This document shows, piece after piece, positions 53,151-64,000 of a stretch of DNA of 64,000 bases (positions are counted from its first letter, which is position 1; each line of letters begins with the position of its first letter). Source of the DNA: Octopus sinensis (lineage: Eukaryota). The notes under the pieces are model-generated. The model searched no databases, was not told where the DNA came from, and worked only from the letters and a program-made list of their open reading frames with translations. The position numbers were made by a program, and so were the translations under genes. The stretch lies in NCBI RefSeq assembly GCF_006345805.1, contig NC_042999.1:132308001-132372000 (forward strand), given 5' to 3'.

Positions 53151-53259
53151 CGCAATATATATACTTAAAGCGAACACAGAGTCGCTGATTTTACAAGAAG
53201 CAGAAATGCTAGTTCTAAAATCTCTCTTAGAGATCAATACAGTAGTTGTACTGACAAGT

Positions 53260-53427
53260 AATATTCGTAGCCATTTTAACGTGGCTGTCCGTTCGAGAGG
53301 ACTCTACTGCAATTTTGTAACTCCAAAAGGACATCTTTAGCTAGTTAAAAACATCTCCTTTAGGGGTTAAAAAATTGCAGTAGAGTCCGCTCAAACGGAC
53401 AGCCATATTAAAGTGGCTGCGAATATT
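53260..53427. repeat. Inverted repeat, 72-bp arms, 24-nt loop
   Basis: 53260-53331 pairs with 53356-53427 with scattered mismatches. Confidence 0.85.
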
Positions 53428-53462
53428 TCCAACAGACACACAATAAACACGTATACAATAAT

Positions 53463-53550
53463 AATATATCTCCACAGACAATAATACTCGCAACTCACAT
53501 AGGCAAAAAGAAAAAAAAATAACGAGTATTACTGTCTGTGGAGATATATT
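53463..53550. repeat. Inverted repeat, 28-bp arms
   Basis: aatatatctccacagacaataatactcg / cgagtattactgtctgtggagatatatt, one mismatch. Confidence 0.85.
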
Positions 53551-53644
53551 GTAGTAAAAGAATTAGTAGTTTTTGACTGCTATTTCTAAATTTTCGGTAT
53601 GTAGTGAAGCAACTTTTTGCTAATCCCTTAGTTATATATATATG

Positions 53645-53790
53645 ACGGCCTTCTTTCAGTTTCCATCTACCAATCCACTCACAAAGCTTTGGTCGGCCCG
53701 AGGCTATAGTAGAAGACACTTGCCCAAGATACTACGCAGTGGAACTGAACTTGGAACCATGTGGTTGGTAAGCAAGCTACTTACCACTCA
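53645..53790 (-). mobile_element. SINE family A 5' half (other 5' halves at 56690-56850 plus and 62875-63012 minus)
   Basis: Head and CORE-like segment ending at the internal TA tract. Confidence 0.8.
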
Positions 53791-54034
53791 GTCATTCTTG
53801 GGCCTAAGATACTTTTATTTGTAATTCCCAGCGTGACACCATATCTGGTTCTTTGAAATACAAGTACGTTTCCATTGTTTCTGTCGACTCACTTTCGTTC
53901 ACAAGAGTTGTGGCTAAAACCTCGTAATTGCGAAGCAAACATCTTTTACTCGGTATTCTTGATCAAAATGTATGGAGAAAAAAAACCAAAAGAGACAGAG
54001 AGAAAGAAAGAAAGAAGAGAAAGAAAGAGAGAGA

Positions 54035-54079
<45 letters not shown>

Positions 54080-54512
54080 CGAAGGAAGTACGACGGCAGC
54101 CATTTACATTTCGACAAATGAGAAAAACAGCCTTATGCTTTTTTTAGATTTTATTATTTTTTAAACTTTCCCACGATTATTTTGTTATTGACTGAATTTG
54201 TTGATTAGTAAATTGTTCATTTGACACTATTTTTTTTATTCCCTCCTTGTTTACTCTTTGTTTTGTACCACTTCAGCGACATCAGTTGCCATTTAATTTT
54301 TTTGTATTTTCCTTTTTTCGCCCTTGAACAACAAACAACAACAAAAAAAAATTCGCAAAAAACATGTGAACAGGATCGATCAATAGCTATAAAGAATACA
54401 AACCTCCCTCCACACGGTTTGTATATATTGTAAACAACTGTGAAACGAAGTTATCGTATGACTTCATAAGGCAAAGAGCGAAGTATGTATGTATGTATGT
54501 ATGTATGTATGT

Positions 54513-54594
<82 letters not shown>

Positions 54595-54628
54595 TGCGTG
54601 CGTATACATATATATATATATATATATA

Positions 54629-55023
54629 GATGAAGGGGATTTTTCCTTGTGTAGTATGTCCTGTACTCTGTTTTTCTGTTGTAAAAAAATGGTTTTTCCG
54701 TTTTCATTTCTCGCTGAGTTCTACGTCTCTGTTTTTCTGTTGTAAAAAAATGGTTTTCGTTTCTCGTTGAGTTCTACGTCTAGTTGTGGTGTCCTGTACT
54801 CACGTATATATATATTTATATATGCATGTATATATACATGTAGATGTAGGTACGTACATATGTTCGTATGTATGCATATATTTTATTTATTACACTATTG
54901 TTTGACAGCGCCCTCGCGTCGGTTCGATTCGATTCGTTCGCTTCGTTCCGTTCTTATTCTCCCAGTACTGTTTTATATATAATTATGACGCGAAATTCCT
55001 TATCTCTTTGCTTTACCTTCCCT

Positions 55024-55057
<34 letters not shown>

Positions 55058-56160
55058 TCTCACTCTTCCTCATCTCTCTCTCTCAGCCGCTTGTCTTCCT
55101 CTATCTCTCTCTCTCTCACTCCTCCTCATCTTTGTCACTGCTAGCCAAAACTACTTCCTTTTACACACGGCCTTCAAACTGTAAAGACACACATTTGTGT
55201 TCCCATGCGCTGCCAGAATCTCCTCCGTCTAAGCCAGAAAAAGGCCTTTTCGTTTGTTTTCTTGTTTATTTTTATTTCTCGTATTGTATTTTCTTGTACA
55301 CGTATTTTTATCTTGTATTTTATTTTGTAGTTTTATTTGTATCGTTTTTACGTCTTGTTTGTGGTACATTTTCTTCTTGCTTGTTTTTACCCCTCTGCGA
55401 GGTAATTTTATTTTAATTCTCTCGCAGGAAGGATTAGTTTGGCGAGTCGTGTTCTGTCTTGCCTTCGAAACACGCTAGAGTCGAACTAGTGACAGCTGAT
55501 GAAGGGGATTTTTCCTTGTGTTGTATGTCCTGTACTCTGTTTTTCTGTTGTAAAAAAATGGTTTTTCCGTTTCTCGTTGTGTTCTACGTCTAGTTGTGGT
55601 GTCCTGTACTCACGTATATATATTTATATATGCATGTATATATACATGTAGATGTAGGTACGTACATATATGTTTGTATGTATGCATATATTTTATTTAT
55701 TACACTATATATATATATATATATATATACAAAACAGTACTTGGAGAATAAGAACGGAATGAAACGAACGAATCGAATCGACGCGAGGGCGCTGTCAAAC
55801 AATAGTGTAATAAATAAAATATATGCATACATACAAACATATATGTACGTACCTACATCTACATGTATATATACATGCATATATAAATATATATACGTGA
55901 GTACAGGACACCACAACTAGACGTAGAACTCAACGAGAAACGAAAACAGAAAAACAAGCATGGAACAAACCATTTTTTTACAACAGAAAAACAGAGTACA
56001 AGACAAACTACACAAGGAAAAATCCCCTTCATCAGCTGTCTCTAGTTCAACTCTAGAGTGTTTCGAAGGTAAGACAGAACACGACTTGTAAAACTAGCCC
56101 TTCCTGCGAGAGAATTAAAATAAAATTATTTTGCAGAGGGGTAAAAACAAAGAAAGAAAA
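54629..56160. repeat. Triplicated element: QR (54629-54990, plus), PQ (about 55340-55708, plus), PQR (about 55730-56160, minus)
   Basis: Block Q (gatgaaggggatttttcc...ttatttattacactat) occurs three times, and the last two copies form a hairpin. Degenerate Q copies also lie at about 21790-21925 and 23915-24050. Confidence 0.9.
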
Positions 56161-56429
56161 AAATGTAACTCAAACAGGACGTAAAAACGATATATATATG
56201 TGTGTGTGTGTGTATGTATGTATATATATATAAAGTTAATCAAAACATGAAAACACAACAACGCTAGGATGTGGAACAAATATAGTATTATTGGACGCTC
56301 AGGAAAGAAGGAGGGTTTAACATTTCGTCAGAAACATGGGAGAAGGAAAGATCCAGAGAAGGGAAGACAGAGGGAAAAAAATCGTCAACAGTCCACACGC
56401 GGTCACATTTTGAATATATATATATAAAT

Positions 56430-56510
<81 letters not shown>

Positions 56511-57864
56511 AATTTAAATAATAAGGAGATAAATTGAATATTAATTTAATAATATCAATTTAAAACCAGTAGCCTAGCATACAAAAATCTGAAAAATCAG
56601 AGAAAATTGTAATACGTGTATATTTGAAGGGCAAAACCACTAGGTGGTTGGGCCGTATGCTAGAAGTAGATCACCTACGATCAAACTTTGATGGGTGTGG
56701 CCATGTGGTAAGAAGTTAGTTTCCTTACTACACGGTTCTGAGTTCAGTTTCTCTGTCTGGCACCTTAAGCAAGTATCTTGTACTGTAGCTCCAAGTCAAC
56801 CAAACACTTGTGAGTGGATTTGGTAGATGGAAACTAGAAAAATCCTGTTTTACACACACACATACACACACACACACACATATACACACCATAAATCCTC
56901 GAGTATAGTCTGCCCTTGAGTATTATATGCAAGGGATTTTTAGGGGGCTGTACCTCTAAAATATCTAAACATTGTGTATAATATACACCACTTCTCTAAC
57001 TTGAGTCATGCATAATTAAGCCAGCAGCACCTAGTCAAACAAATACTTCTGCGCATGCGTAATGTAATAATGGTGATGTTCTTAACTGTTATATGGGAAT
57101 GTAAATATGTTTGCAAATTGTTTTTGTTACATGTTATTCTGTGTTCTGAATACTTTTATTTTAATAAATGTTGCTTACTGCAAGTTATGGATGATTCTTT
57201 TATGACTTCATTGCTTTCAGGCTTAGCTTAAGGTATTTTCACGCCCGACAGCACAAAATGTGTCTGAATAAACATTGCTGGGTAGCAAATAGAGACTAGA
57301 ACATTGCTTAGAAAATATTTTTCATTTTTAGCCTCGTACATAGTAAGCACTAGAGATTTTGACCTTTAAATTTTGGGAAAAAATTGCGGATTATACTCAA
57401 GAATTTACAGTATATATAATCTCTGGTGGGTTTCATCTGGGAAAAATCCTTTTATAGATTAATTGCATTAAAAATTCACAATATACTTTAGAGCTAAGCA
57501 CAACAGAATCACTCCAGAAGATCCTGCAAGAGCAACAGATATGTATTTTTCTTTTTTTTTTTTTTTTTTGGTTTAATAATGTCACATACTTGTGTTACTT
57601 CTGAAATGAAATGAAACCAGCCAGTCTGAAGTATATAGAGATAGTTTATATGATATATGATGGTTTGCAAAGACACCATACAAACAGAACAAAAGTCAAA
57701 CTATGCAATAGAAGCTGCTCTATAGTAAAATCTTTATCAATCTAATGTACTTAATGTATATATATCATTGAAAAACCTTAAGCTGCAGCTTTATGCCCAG
57801 AAAAAATCCCTCTATAAATGTATAGTGTTTAAAGATCACAATATACTTCAGAGTTAGGTAAAAT

Positions 57865-57906
<42 letters not shown>

Positions 57907-58059
57907 ACACACACACATACATATACAGACAGGGATAGGCACCTTGAGTGTCTTCTACTATAGCCCAGGGCCAAACAAATCCATGTGAATAGATATGATA
58001 GCAGGAACTGAAAAAAAAGCCCACCATATATATATATGTGTGTATATATGTATGTACAT

Positions 58060-58590
58060 ATCCTGAGGACAGCTGATATCTTGAGTATTGAGGCGATGGT
58101 ACACGGGCACCGGTTGCGTTGGACTGGACACCTTATTAGAATGGAGGATAGAAGGATTCCTAAGCAGATGCTCTATGGAGAACTTGTGAATGGAAGGAGA
58201 CTCCGGCAGAAACCAAGGCTACGATTTAAGGACTGTGTCAAGTCCTCGTTAAAGGCTTTTGATATACAGGACACTGACTGGGAGAACAATGCATGTCATC
58301 GCCACAGATGGAGGAAGCAGGTTAAGGAGGGGATCGACACTTTTGAGAGAGCACATATCCAGCATGAAGAACTTAAGCGAGCTGTGCGAAAGCGCACGGC
58401 TCGTATAGTGAATGGGGAAAGCTTGGTCTGCAATATTTGCAGTCATGTATGCTTGTCAAGAGCAGGGCTCATTAGCCACCAACGGAGCCGCAAATGCAAA
58501 ATATAAGTTAGTCCTAGAGTGCACAATGTTCCTGAAGGTTGGCAGTGGTCTTCCTCGGTCACGAGTGGACGGCCATTATGTTGGTAGGTA
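58060..58590 (+). mobile_element. RTE-clade LINE 3' fragment with C-terminal C2H2-like finger
   Basis: LRWTGHLIRMEDRRIPKQMLYGEL, KPRLRFKDCVK, CNICSHVCLSRAGLISHQR. Confidence 0.92.
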
Positions 58591-58634
58591 GGTACACACA
58601 TAGATATACATATACATATACACACACACATATA

Positions 58635-58698
<64 letters not shown>

Positions 58699-58793
58699 GT
58701 AAAATATACACACACATATATCTATATATCTATATACAGTATACATATGTATGTATATATATATGTACATATGTATATGTATGTGTATATATA

Positions 58794-58836
<43 letters not shown>

Positions 58837-58858
58837 ATATAATATATATATTAATATA

Positions 58859-58902
<44 letters not shown>

Positions 58903-58904
58903 AA

Positions 58905-59995
58905 TAAAATAAATGGAGTTTAACGCAGGTGTAATTCAAATACTTTTACTTCCGACACATGTTTCGAAGATATCACTGATATTATTGCAAAGGAATAAAA
59001 TGGTGTAAAACAATGTAATCTTCTCTTCAGGTAAGTGAAGAAATGAAACTTGTCAATAAGACATTTTAACAGAAAATGATGGATATGTATAGTGATTTAC
59101 TGAACGCTATTAATATTGTTTGAAAAAACGTTATATGATATAACGTCAGAAGTAGCCTATAGAAAGAGGAGGGATAAATTAAGGAAAAGTTAAATAAATG
59201 AGAAATATATGACTATATGTATATTAAATAAAACCGTATAAACTAGGAAAATATATGTTCTTTTAGTGAATGTTAAATATAAAAAGAAAATTAATGTTTA
59301 AATTATATATAATAATAGAGATTACTTATATGAACTAAAGGTGTGTTTTTGCCAATGTTTACATTGGTATGCATGCTCTATAACTGTGTTTACTAGGGGA
59401 TTTTTAGAAAAAATAATGAAAAATAGTTCAGAATTACACAGAAGACAGAATTCCTTGCCTTTGTCATGAGGTATAGAGATTGAGAGAATCAACCATTCTA
59501 AATTAAATTGTTCATTGTGGTCTTTTAGATCCCAAATTAATTTATTGAGCCCAGTACTGTTACGTTTGTCCCTATCCCTAAATGTTGAGTAATGGATAGA
59601 AATTCTTTTAGATAACTGTAACGACATGCTTCCAATGTAAAATTGTACTTTATTATGAGTAATAATTTTACACTGGTATATAGAATTTCTAATTTTAGAG
59701 TTACTTGACATAAACTTAATTCTGTTGCAATTGACTTCAGATACAATAACCTTGTTATTAATATTTCTAGAGGGATGGATGGTATTAGCTAAATTAATGT
59801 TAGTATTAGTAAATGTATTAATATTTAACAGGTTGTTATTATGTGAAGAGATAATTTGTAAGAGATTTTTTGTGTTGGAAAAACGAATCCTAACCATATG
59901 TGAGTTGATAATAGAGTAATACCTAGAATTCTTTGGAAAATTCCTAATAATAGCTTCACGAAACTGCAATGGGAGATAAGATTTAATTTCACTCT
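58905..59995 (-). mobile_element. Penelope-like element 3' part: GIY-YIG endonuclease region + pLTR-like 3' region, ending at (TA)n
   Basis: ORF 59322-59969: IYQCKI...FYIGSMS...KRISIH...TGLNKLIWDLK...FCLLCNSE...HWQKH, a PLE GIY-YIG C-terminus. Confidence 0.88.
58948..59036 (-). ncRNA. Minimal type I hammerhead ribozyme motif downstream of the PLE ORF
   Basis: ACTTAC-CTGAAGA-GAAGAT...ATCTTC-GAAA-C(ATGT)G-TC-GGAAGT. GUC site; stem I has one mismatch. Confidence 0.78.
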
Positions 59996-60149
59996 CGTAT
60001 GGAATAATAAGCCAAACTGTTTTACTACTATTTATCTTATTTTTAGTGTAATTATTTTTGAAAGCCAGGCTCTAGATACACACACTAGGCTGTAGCTCCC
60101 CTCAAGCAAGACACATAGGTCTTGCAGAAAAATGGGTTTATAATGTTAT

Positions 60150-60478
60150 AGAGGTAGTCAGAGTGTGTAATAGAGTGCTTAAGCTGAAGCTAGCTTTGCA
60201 GAATAGTACAGCAACAATTATCTTTGCCTATGTGCCCCAAGTGAGTGTACCAAATGAACAAAAGGATCACTCTTAAGATATCTTTCTGCAGGCTACTTCA
60301 AATATAAATGACAATTATCTCATCTTCATAGCTAGTGATTTCAATGGACATGTTGGGCAGCAGCCAGGTATGTTCCATGGTGTATATAGGGGCCATGGAA
60401 TTGGTTCCTGAAATGAAGAGGGAACAAGGTTACTGGAGTTCTGTGATGTGAATAACCTATCAATTTACAACACCAACA
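60150..60478 (+). mobile_element. RTE-type APE endonuclease fragment
   Basis: IIFAYVPQ, ASDFNGHVG, GHGIGS*NEEGTRLLEFC. Confidence 0.85.
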
Positions 60479-60479
60479 T

Positions 60480-60830
60480 TAATTGTTCACACATGATGAT
60501 GGATGACAGGCGATTGACAATTAATCAAATATTAGTATATCCTATGACAGAGTTGAGAATATTTTGTATAATGAACTTGGCATAACAAAGGTTTCTACTT
60601 GGTGGGTGTCACGTCTTCTGACATCAGATAAAGTGTGTATTAGATTGATCACATCTCAAGAAAATCTGACATTGTTTGGAGCAGATTCAGCTGGTTTCCT
60701 TGAATGTTTCCTAAGCCAGGATGAGTGTTGGGTTTATCAGTTTGAGCTAAAGACGAAGAGACAATCCATGCAGTGGAAACACCCCTCCTTGCCTGCTCCA
60801 AAGAAGGTCAAGTTCATTTCATCAGTATCA
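60480..60830 (+). mobile_element. Mariner transposase internal fragment
   Basis: DDRRLTI, LGITKVSTWWVSRLLT, SQDECWVYQFELKTKRQSMQWKH. Confidence 0.85.
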
Positions 60831-61084
60831 CCAGTCTGGGACATATATGCAAACAGACTTCGCACTACTTGCATATATGTTGAAATATATGGCAAAATAT
60901 TGATAGCTATCATTTCCGATCATCTCAAGGCAAGTTGCCTCGCCTGGTCTTGGACATTCAGTGTTCCTTAACGCTAGGCGTCATGCAGGGAGCTTTCCCA
61001 GAATAGTATCCCACAGCAAATGAGCACATAAAGAAAACACATACACTATGTAAGTGTGATCAATAATATTTTATATATATATAT

Positions 61085-61368
61085 ATACATATAAGAGGGA
61101 TGACCACCAAGTGGACATCCATTATGCTAGAAGTCGACCTCCTATGGCCTTACCACTAAGAAAGGAATGTTCTCAAGAAAATTTAGTAAACGCCAGTACG
61201 TAAGCAAGCAGAGCTAATGAAAAGATACATTTTCATTAGTCTTGCTTGCTTATGTTCTGACGTTTGCTGAGTTTTCTTGAGAACATTCCTTTCTTAGTGG
61301 TAAGACCATAGGGGGTCGACTTCTAGCATAATAGATGTCCACTTGGTGGTCATCCCTCTTATATGTAT
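61085..61368. repeat. Foldback with 139-bp arms and 6-nt loop
   Basis: 61085-61223 pairs with 61230-61368. The arm resembles the single-copy sequence at about 47650-47790. Confidence 0.93.
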
Positions 61369-61453
61369 GTAATATAATTTTTCTGAATCAAATTAATATT
61401 GATATTAATCAAATTAATATTCAATTTTTCACCCTTATTATTTTGAATCTATA

Positions 61454-61488
<35 letters not shown>

Positions 61489-61502
61489 ATGATGATGATG
61501 AT

Positions 61503-62430
61503 ATATATTAAAAATGAGGAAGGTCAGTTTATGGAATGACCTTAGGTTTCCTGTCCATAAAAGGTTTATCATCAGGTCCCAAAAAACCTGTTGGCTCATG
61601 ACCTCTTAAAAATATGGAGGGGGAAATGCCTCACTACCCAAAGGGGATTATCTTCCTTTGCTCATGGCTATCAACCTCCAACTCTGCTGCCATCTTGCAG
61701 TCTCCAGAAGGCTAGAAGGAACCTTCTGAAATGTAAACATGGCCCAAAAATCTCCATTCTCAAGTTAAGGATGTTCCTAAGTGTCACCAACAACAGCAGT
61801 CCCAGCTCCAACAACAACAGTGTCAGTGGCAACAACAACAACAACACCAGGAGGTACAGCACTGACAACACATGCACACAAAGATACGTTGGATGTTCCA
61901 GAAACTCTTTCAGGCAACATCTCTCCAACCACAGGTCCTCCTTCAAAGTTCCACAAAGGAGATATGTAACATCACTGGCCAGCCATATCTGGTAACTAAG
62001 AGCTGATGGGATTCCATACTTGATCACATGGAAAATCCTCGAGAACCCAAGCCCCCACATCAATGGGATGAAGCATTGCAAGTTATGCATAGCTGATTGT
62101 GTGAGAATCCTAAAAAAACTCACTTGAACCAGGGAACATACTTAACTCCAGAACGGAGATTTTCAATCCATATTTTCATTTCAGGAGTTTCCTGCTAGCC
62201 TTCTGGAGCCCGCAAGAAACCAACACAGCCAGAAGTCAATAATCAACAGCAAAGGAAGATAATCCCCAATTGTTACCTTTGAGCAGTGAGGCATTTTCCC
62301 CTCCATATTTTTAAGAGGTCATGGGCCAACAGGTTTTTGGGATCTGAAAATATGCCATAAAGCTAAACCCTTTATGAATGGGAAACCTAAGGTCATCCCA
62401 TAAACTGGCCTTCCCCATTTTTAGTATATA
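61503..62430 (+). mobile_element. Mini Penelope-like insertion: inverted pLTR-like arm, GIY-YIG fragment, pLTR-like arm
   Basis: Arms 61503-61777 / 62133-62430 are diverged reverse complements. The interior encodes RYVGCSRNSFRQHLSNH...LASHIW*L...WKIL...CKLC. Confidence 0.85.
62338..62400 (+). ncRNA. Type I HHR-like motif (G8 mutated); the mirror copy at 61532-61581 (minus) keeps the CTGATGA core
   Basis: TGGGAT-CTGAAAA-...CATAAAG/CTTTATG...-GAAA-CC(TAA)GG-TC-ATCCCA. Confidence 0.65.
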
Positions 62431-62577
62431 CATCTTACAGTGTGCTTTTTTTTCGGATTAAGGAGTAAAGAGAGAGTAAAAGAGAGTATATATAACCCAT
62501 GCTAGCATGGAAAGCGGACGTTAAACGATGATGATGATGATATATATATATATATATATATAATATATTATATATAT

Positions 62578-62604
<27 letters not shown>

Positions 62605-62609
<5 letters not shown>

Positions 62610-62830
62610 ACGGAAGCTTTACAAAAATAAACAAGATACGAAGGCAGGTGGAGTACAAACAAACAATTGTATTAATATGGCGCTCAGGAATAGAAATAAA
62701 ACAAGTCTTTTATGTTTCAAGCCTACGCTCTTCAACAGAAAGATACGCAGACAAGAAACACGGAGAGAAACAAGGAGAGAACAAAATGCGTGCAGGAGCT
62801 AACGAATCAACATGGCGGTCTGATTTCGGC
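62605..62830 (-). mobile_element. Short PLE-type terminal fragment abutting (TA)n, with variant HHR-like motif at 62706-62743
   Basis: Minus strand TCTTT-CTGTTGA-A-GAGC(GTAG)GCTT-GAAA-CA-TA-AAAGA. A related fragment lies at about 56225-56410. Confidence 0.55.
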
Positions 62831-63154
62831 CAGAAGTCAGCATACACACACACACACACACACACACACATGACAGGCTTCTTTCAGTTTCCATCCACAA
62901 AATTCACTCATAAGGTTTTGGTTAGCCCAAGGTTATAGTAGAAGACACCTGCCCAAGGTGCAATGCAGTGGGACTGAGTGACTGAAGTAAGCTTCCTACC
63001 ACATAGCCATGTCTGAGCCTATTCAATATATCCTACTTTTCTGATATGATAGAATGTAATTTGTGGAGGATTTAGTTGCTATTTCTAACAGGTTGAATGG
63101 CTATAAAGACACTCATATGTCTAACAGCTGATATCACTTGCTGTTACTGCTGAT

Positions 63155-63368
63155 TGTTGTTGTTAAGCAACAAGACGGGTAAGGGTGATTAGGTGATGGT
63201 CTACAGCTTAGGGGCGGGAGACCCCAGACCTTGGAAAAAAAAAAAAAAAAACTTTGGTCATCTTGTTGCAGTCGAGGGCTCTTCGTTAACGCCTGACACC
63301 ACTGGGAGGTGACCCTCGAAGTCACTGGAAATGGAGATCTCCAGGTCCAAATTCTTGAACGGCTGCTG
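63155..63368 (-). mobile_element. Second copy of the (AAC)n-tailed short retroposon
   Basis: Homologous to 43840-44058. Confidence 0.7.
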
Positions 63369-64000
63369 CTGCAGACAAAGATGATGACAACATTACTGTT
63401 GCATTTACTTCTTATTTAACCCTAGGTCAGTCCTGACAGACCTGGTTTATGATCAAAGGCCATTCCAACCATGACTTCAAACAATATTATCCACTGTGTC
63501 CTGTAATAAAAGGGCAATGTGTAATTTGCAGAGAAGTTTGCCTGTGACTTCTAGCAAGTCAAGCGACCATGTATAGGCTCCTTCTATTTCTAATGTTATT
63601 ATTACCTGCTGTTGTTATTTCTGCTATTTCTGTTACAGTTGCTGCTGCTGTATCTGTTATTACTGCATCTCTCTAACTGTTACAGCAGCAGCTCTTACTG
63701 CTATTACCGTCATTACTGCAGTTGCTGCTACTACTGCTCTTACTATCACCGTTATCGCAGTTGTTTATTCCATTGCAGCATAAGGGATAGCTGAAAGTCA
63801 GTCATCCACAGAGTATTTGTGTCTGTATTTCTCTCAATGTCATCATTCACTGACTCACCGGAGAGCTGAGATATTTCTGGAAGACTAATTCTGACTCATC
63901 AACACACCATCTGGCACAATAATACATAACATACAATAAATGGCAGCAGCTGTGCTGACTAACTCAAGTGTTCTTTTCTCTTTCTTCATTTTAATACTTT

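Noticed and set aside
55410-55520. Canonical hammerhead in the P/Q junction
   Set aside because: Stem II GAAGG/CCTTC and GAAAC are present, but the upstream core reads CTCGCAG, and the downstream CTGATGA has no following GAAA. No type I, II or III fold could be completed.
63600-63770. Cys/Tyr/Leu-rich ORF
   Set aside because: Degenerate (CTG/TTA)n low-complexity repeat.

Overview
Repeat-saturated, AT-rich eukaryotic DNA. It looks like a coleoid cephalopod (Octopus-like) genome; this is inferred from the SINE/LINE repertoire and microsatellite load. No host protein-coding gene can be supported. The only clear cellular gene is one tRNA-Gly(TCC) at 14828-14899. The rest is decayed mobile DNA: CR1-type, Tx1/L1-type, RTE and Hero-type (RLE) non-LTR retrotransposons; Tc1/mariner elements (DD34E, DD37D, mariner-type); Helitron derivatives; at least three tRNA-type SINE families; Penelope-like (GIY-YIG) fragments; and many microsatellites. 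The most striking signal is about 15 inverted-repeat (foldback) structures. Several carry type I hammerhead ribozyme (HHR) folds on both arms, always pointing outward, and their 3' ends abut (TA)n-type microsatellites. One encloses a GIY-YIG fragment, one is circularly permuted, and one is a nested set with microhomology-bounded jumps. These look like tiny ribozyme-bearing Penelope-type retro-insertions (inference). HHR folds were derived by eye and activity is untested. Many element boundaries are approximate.
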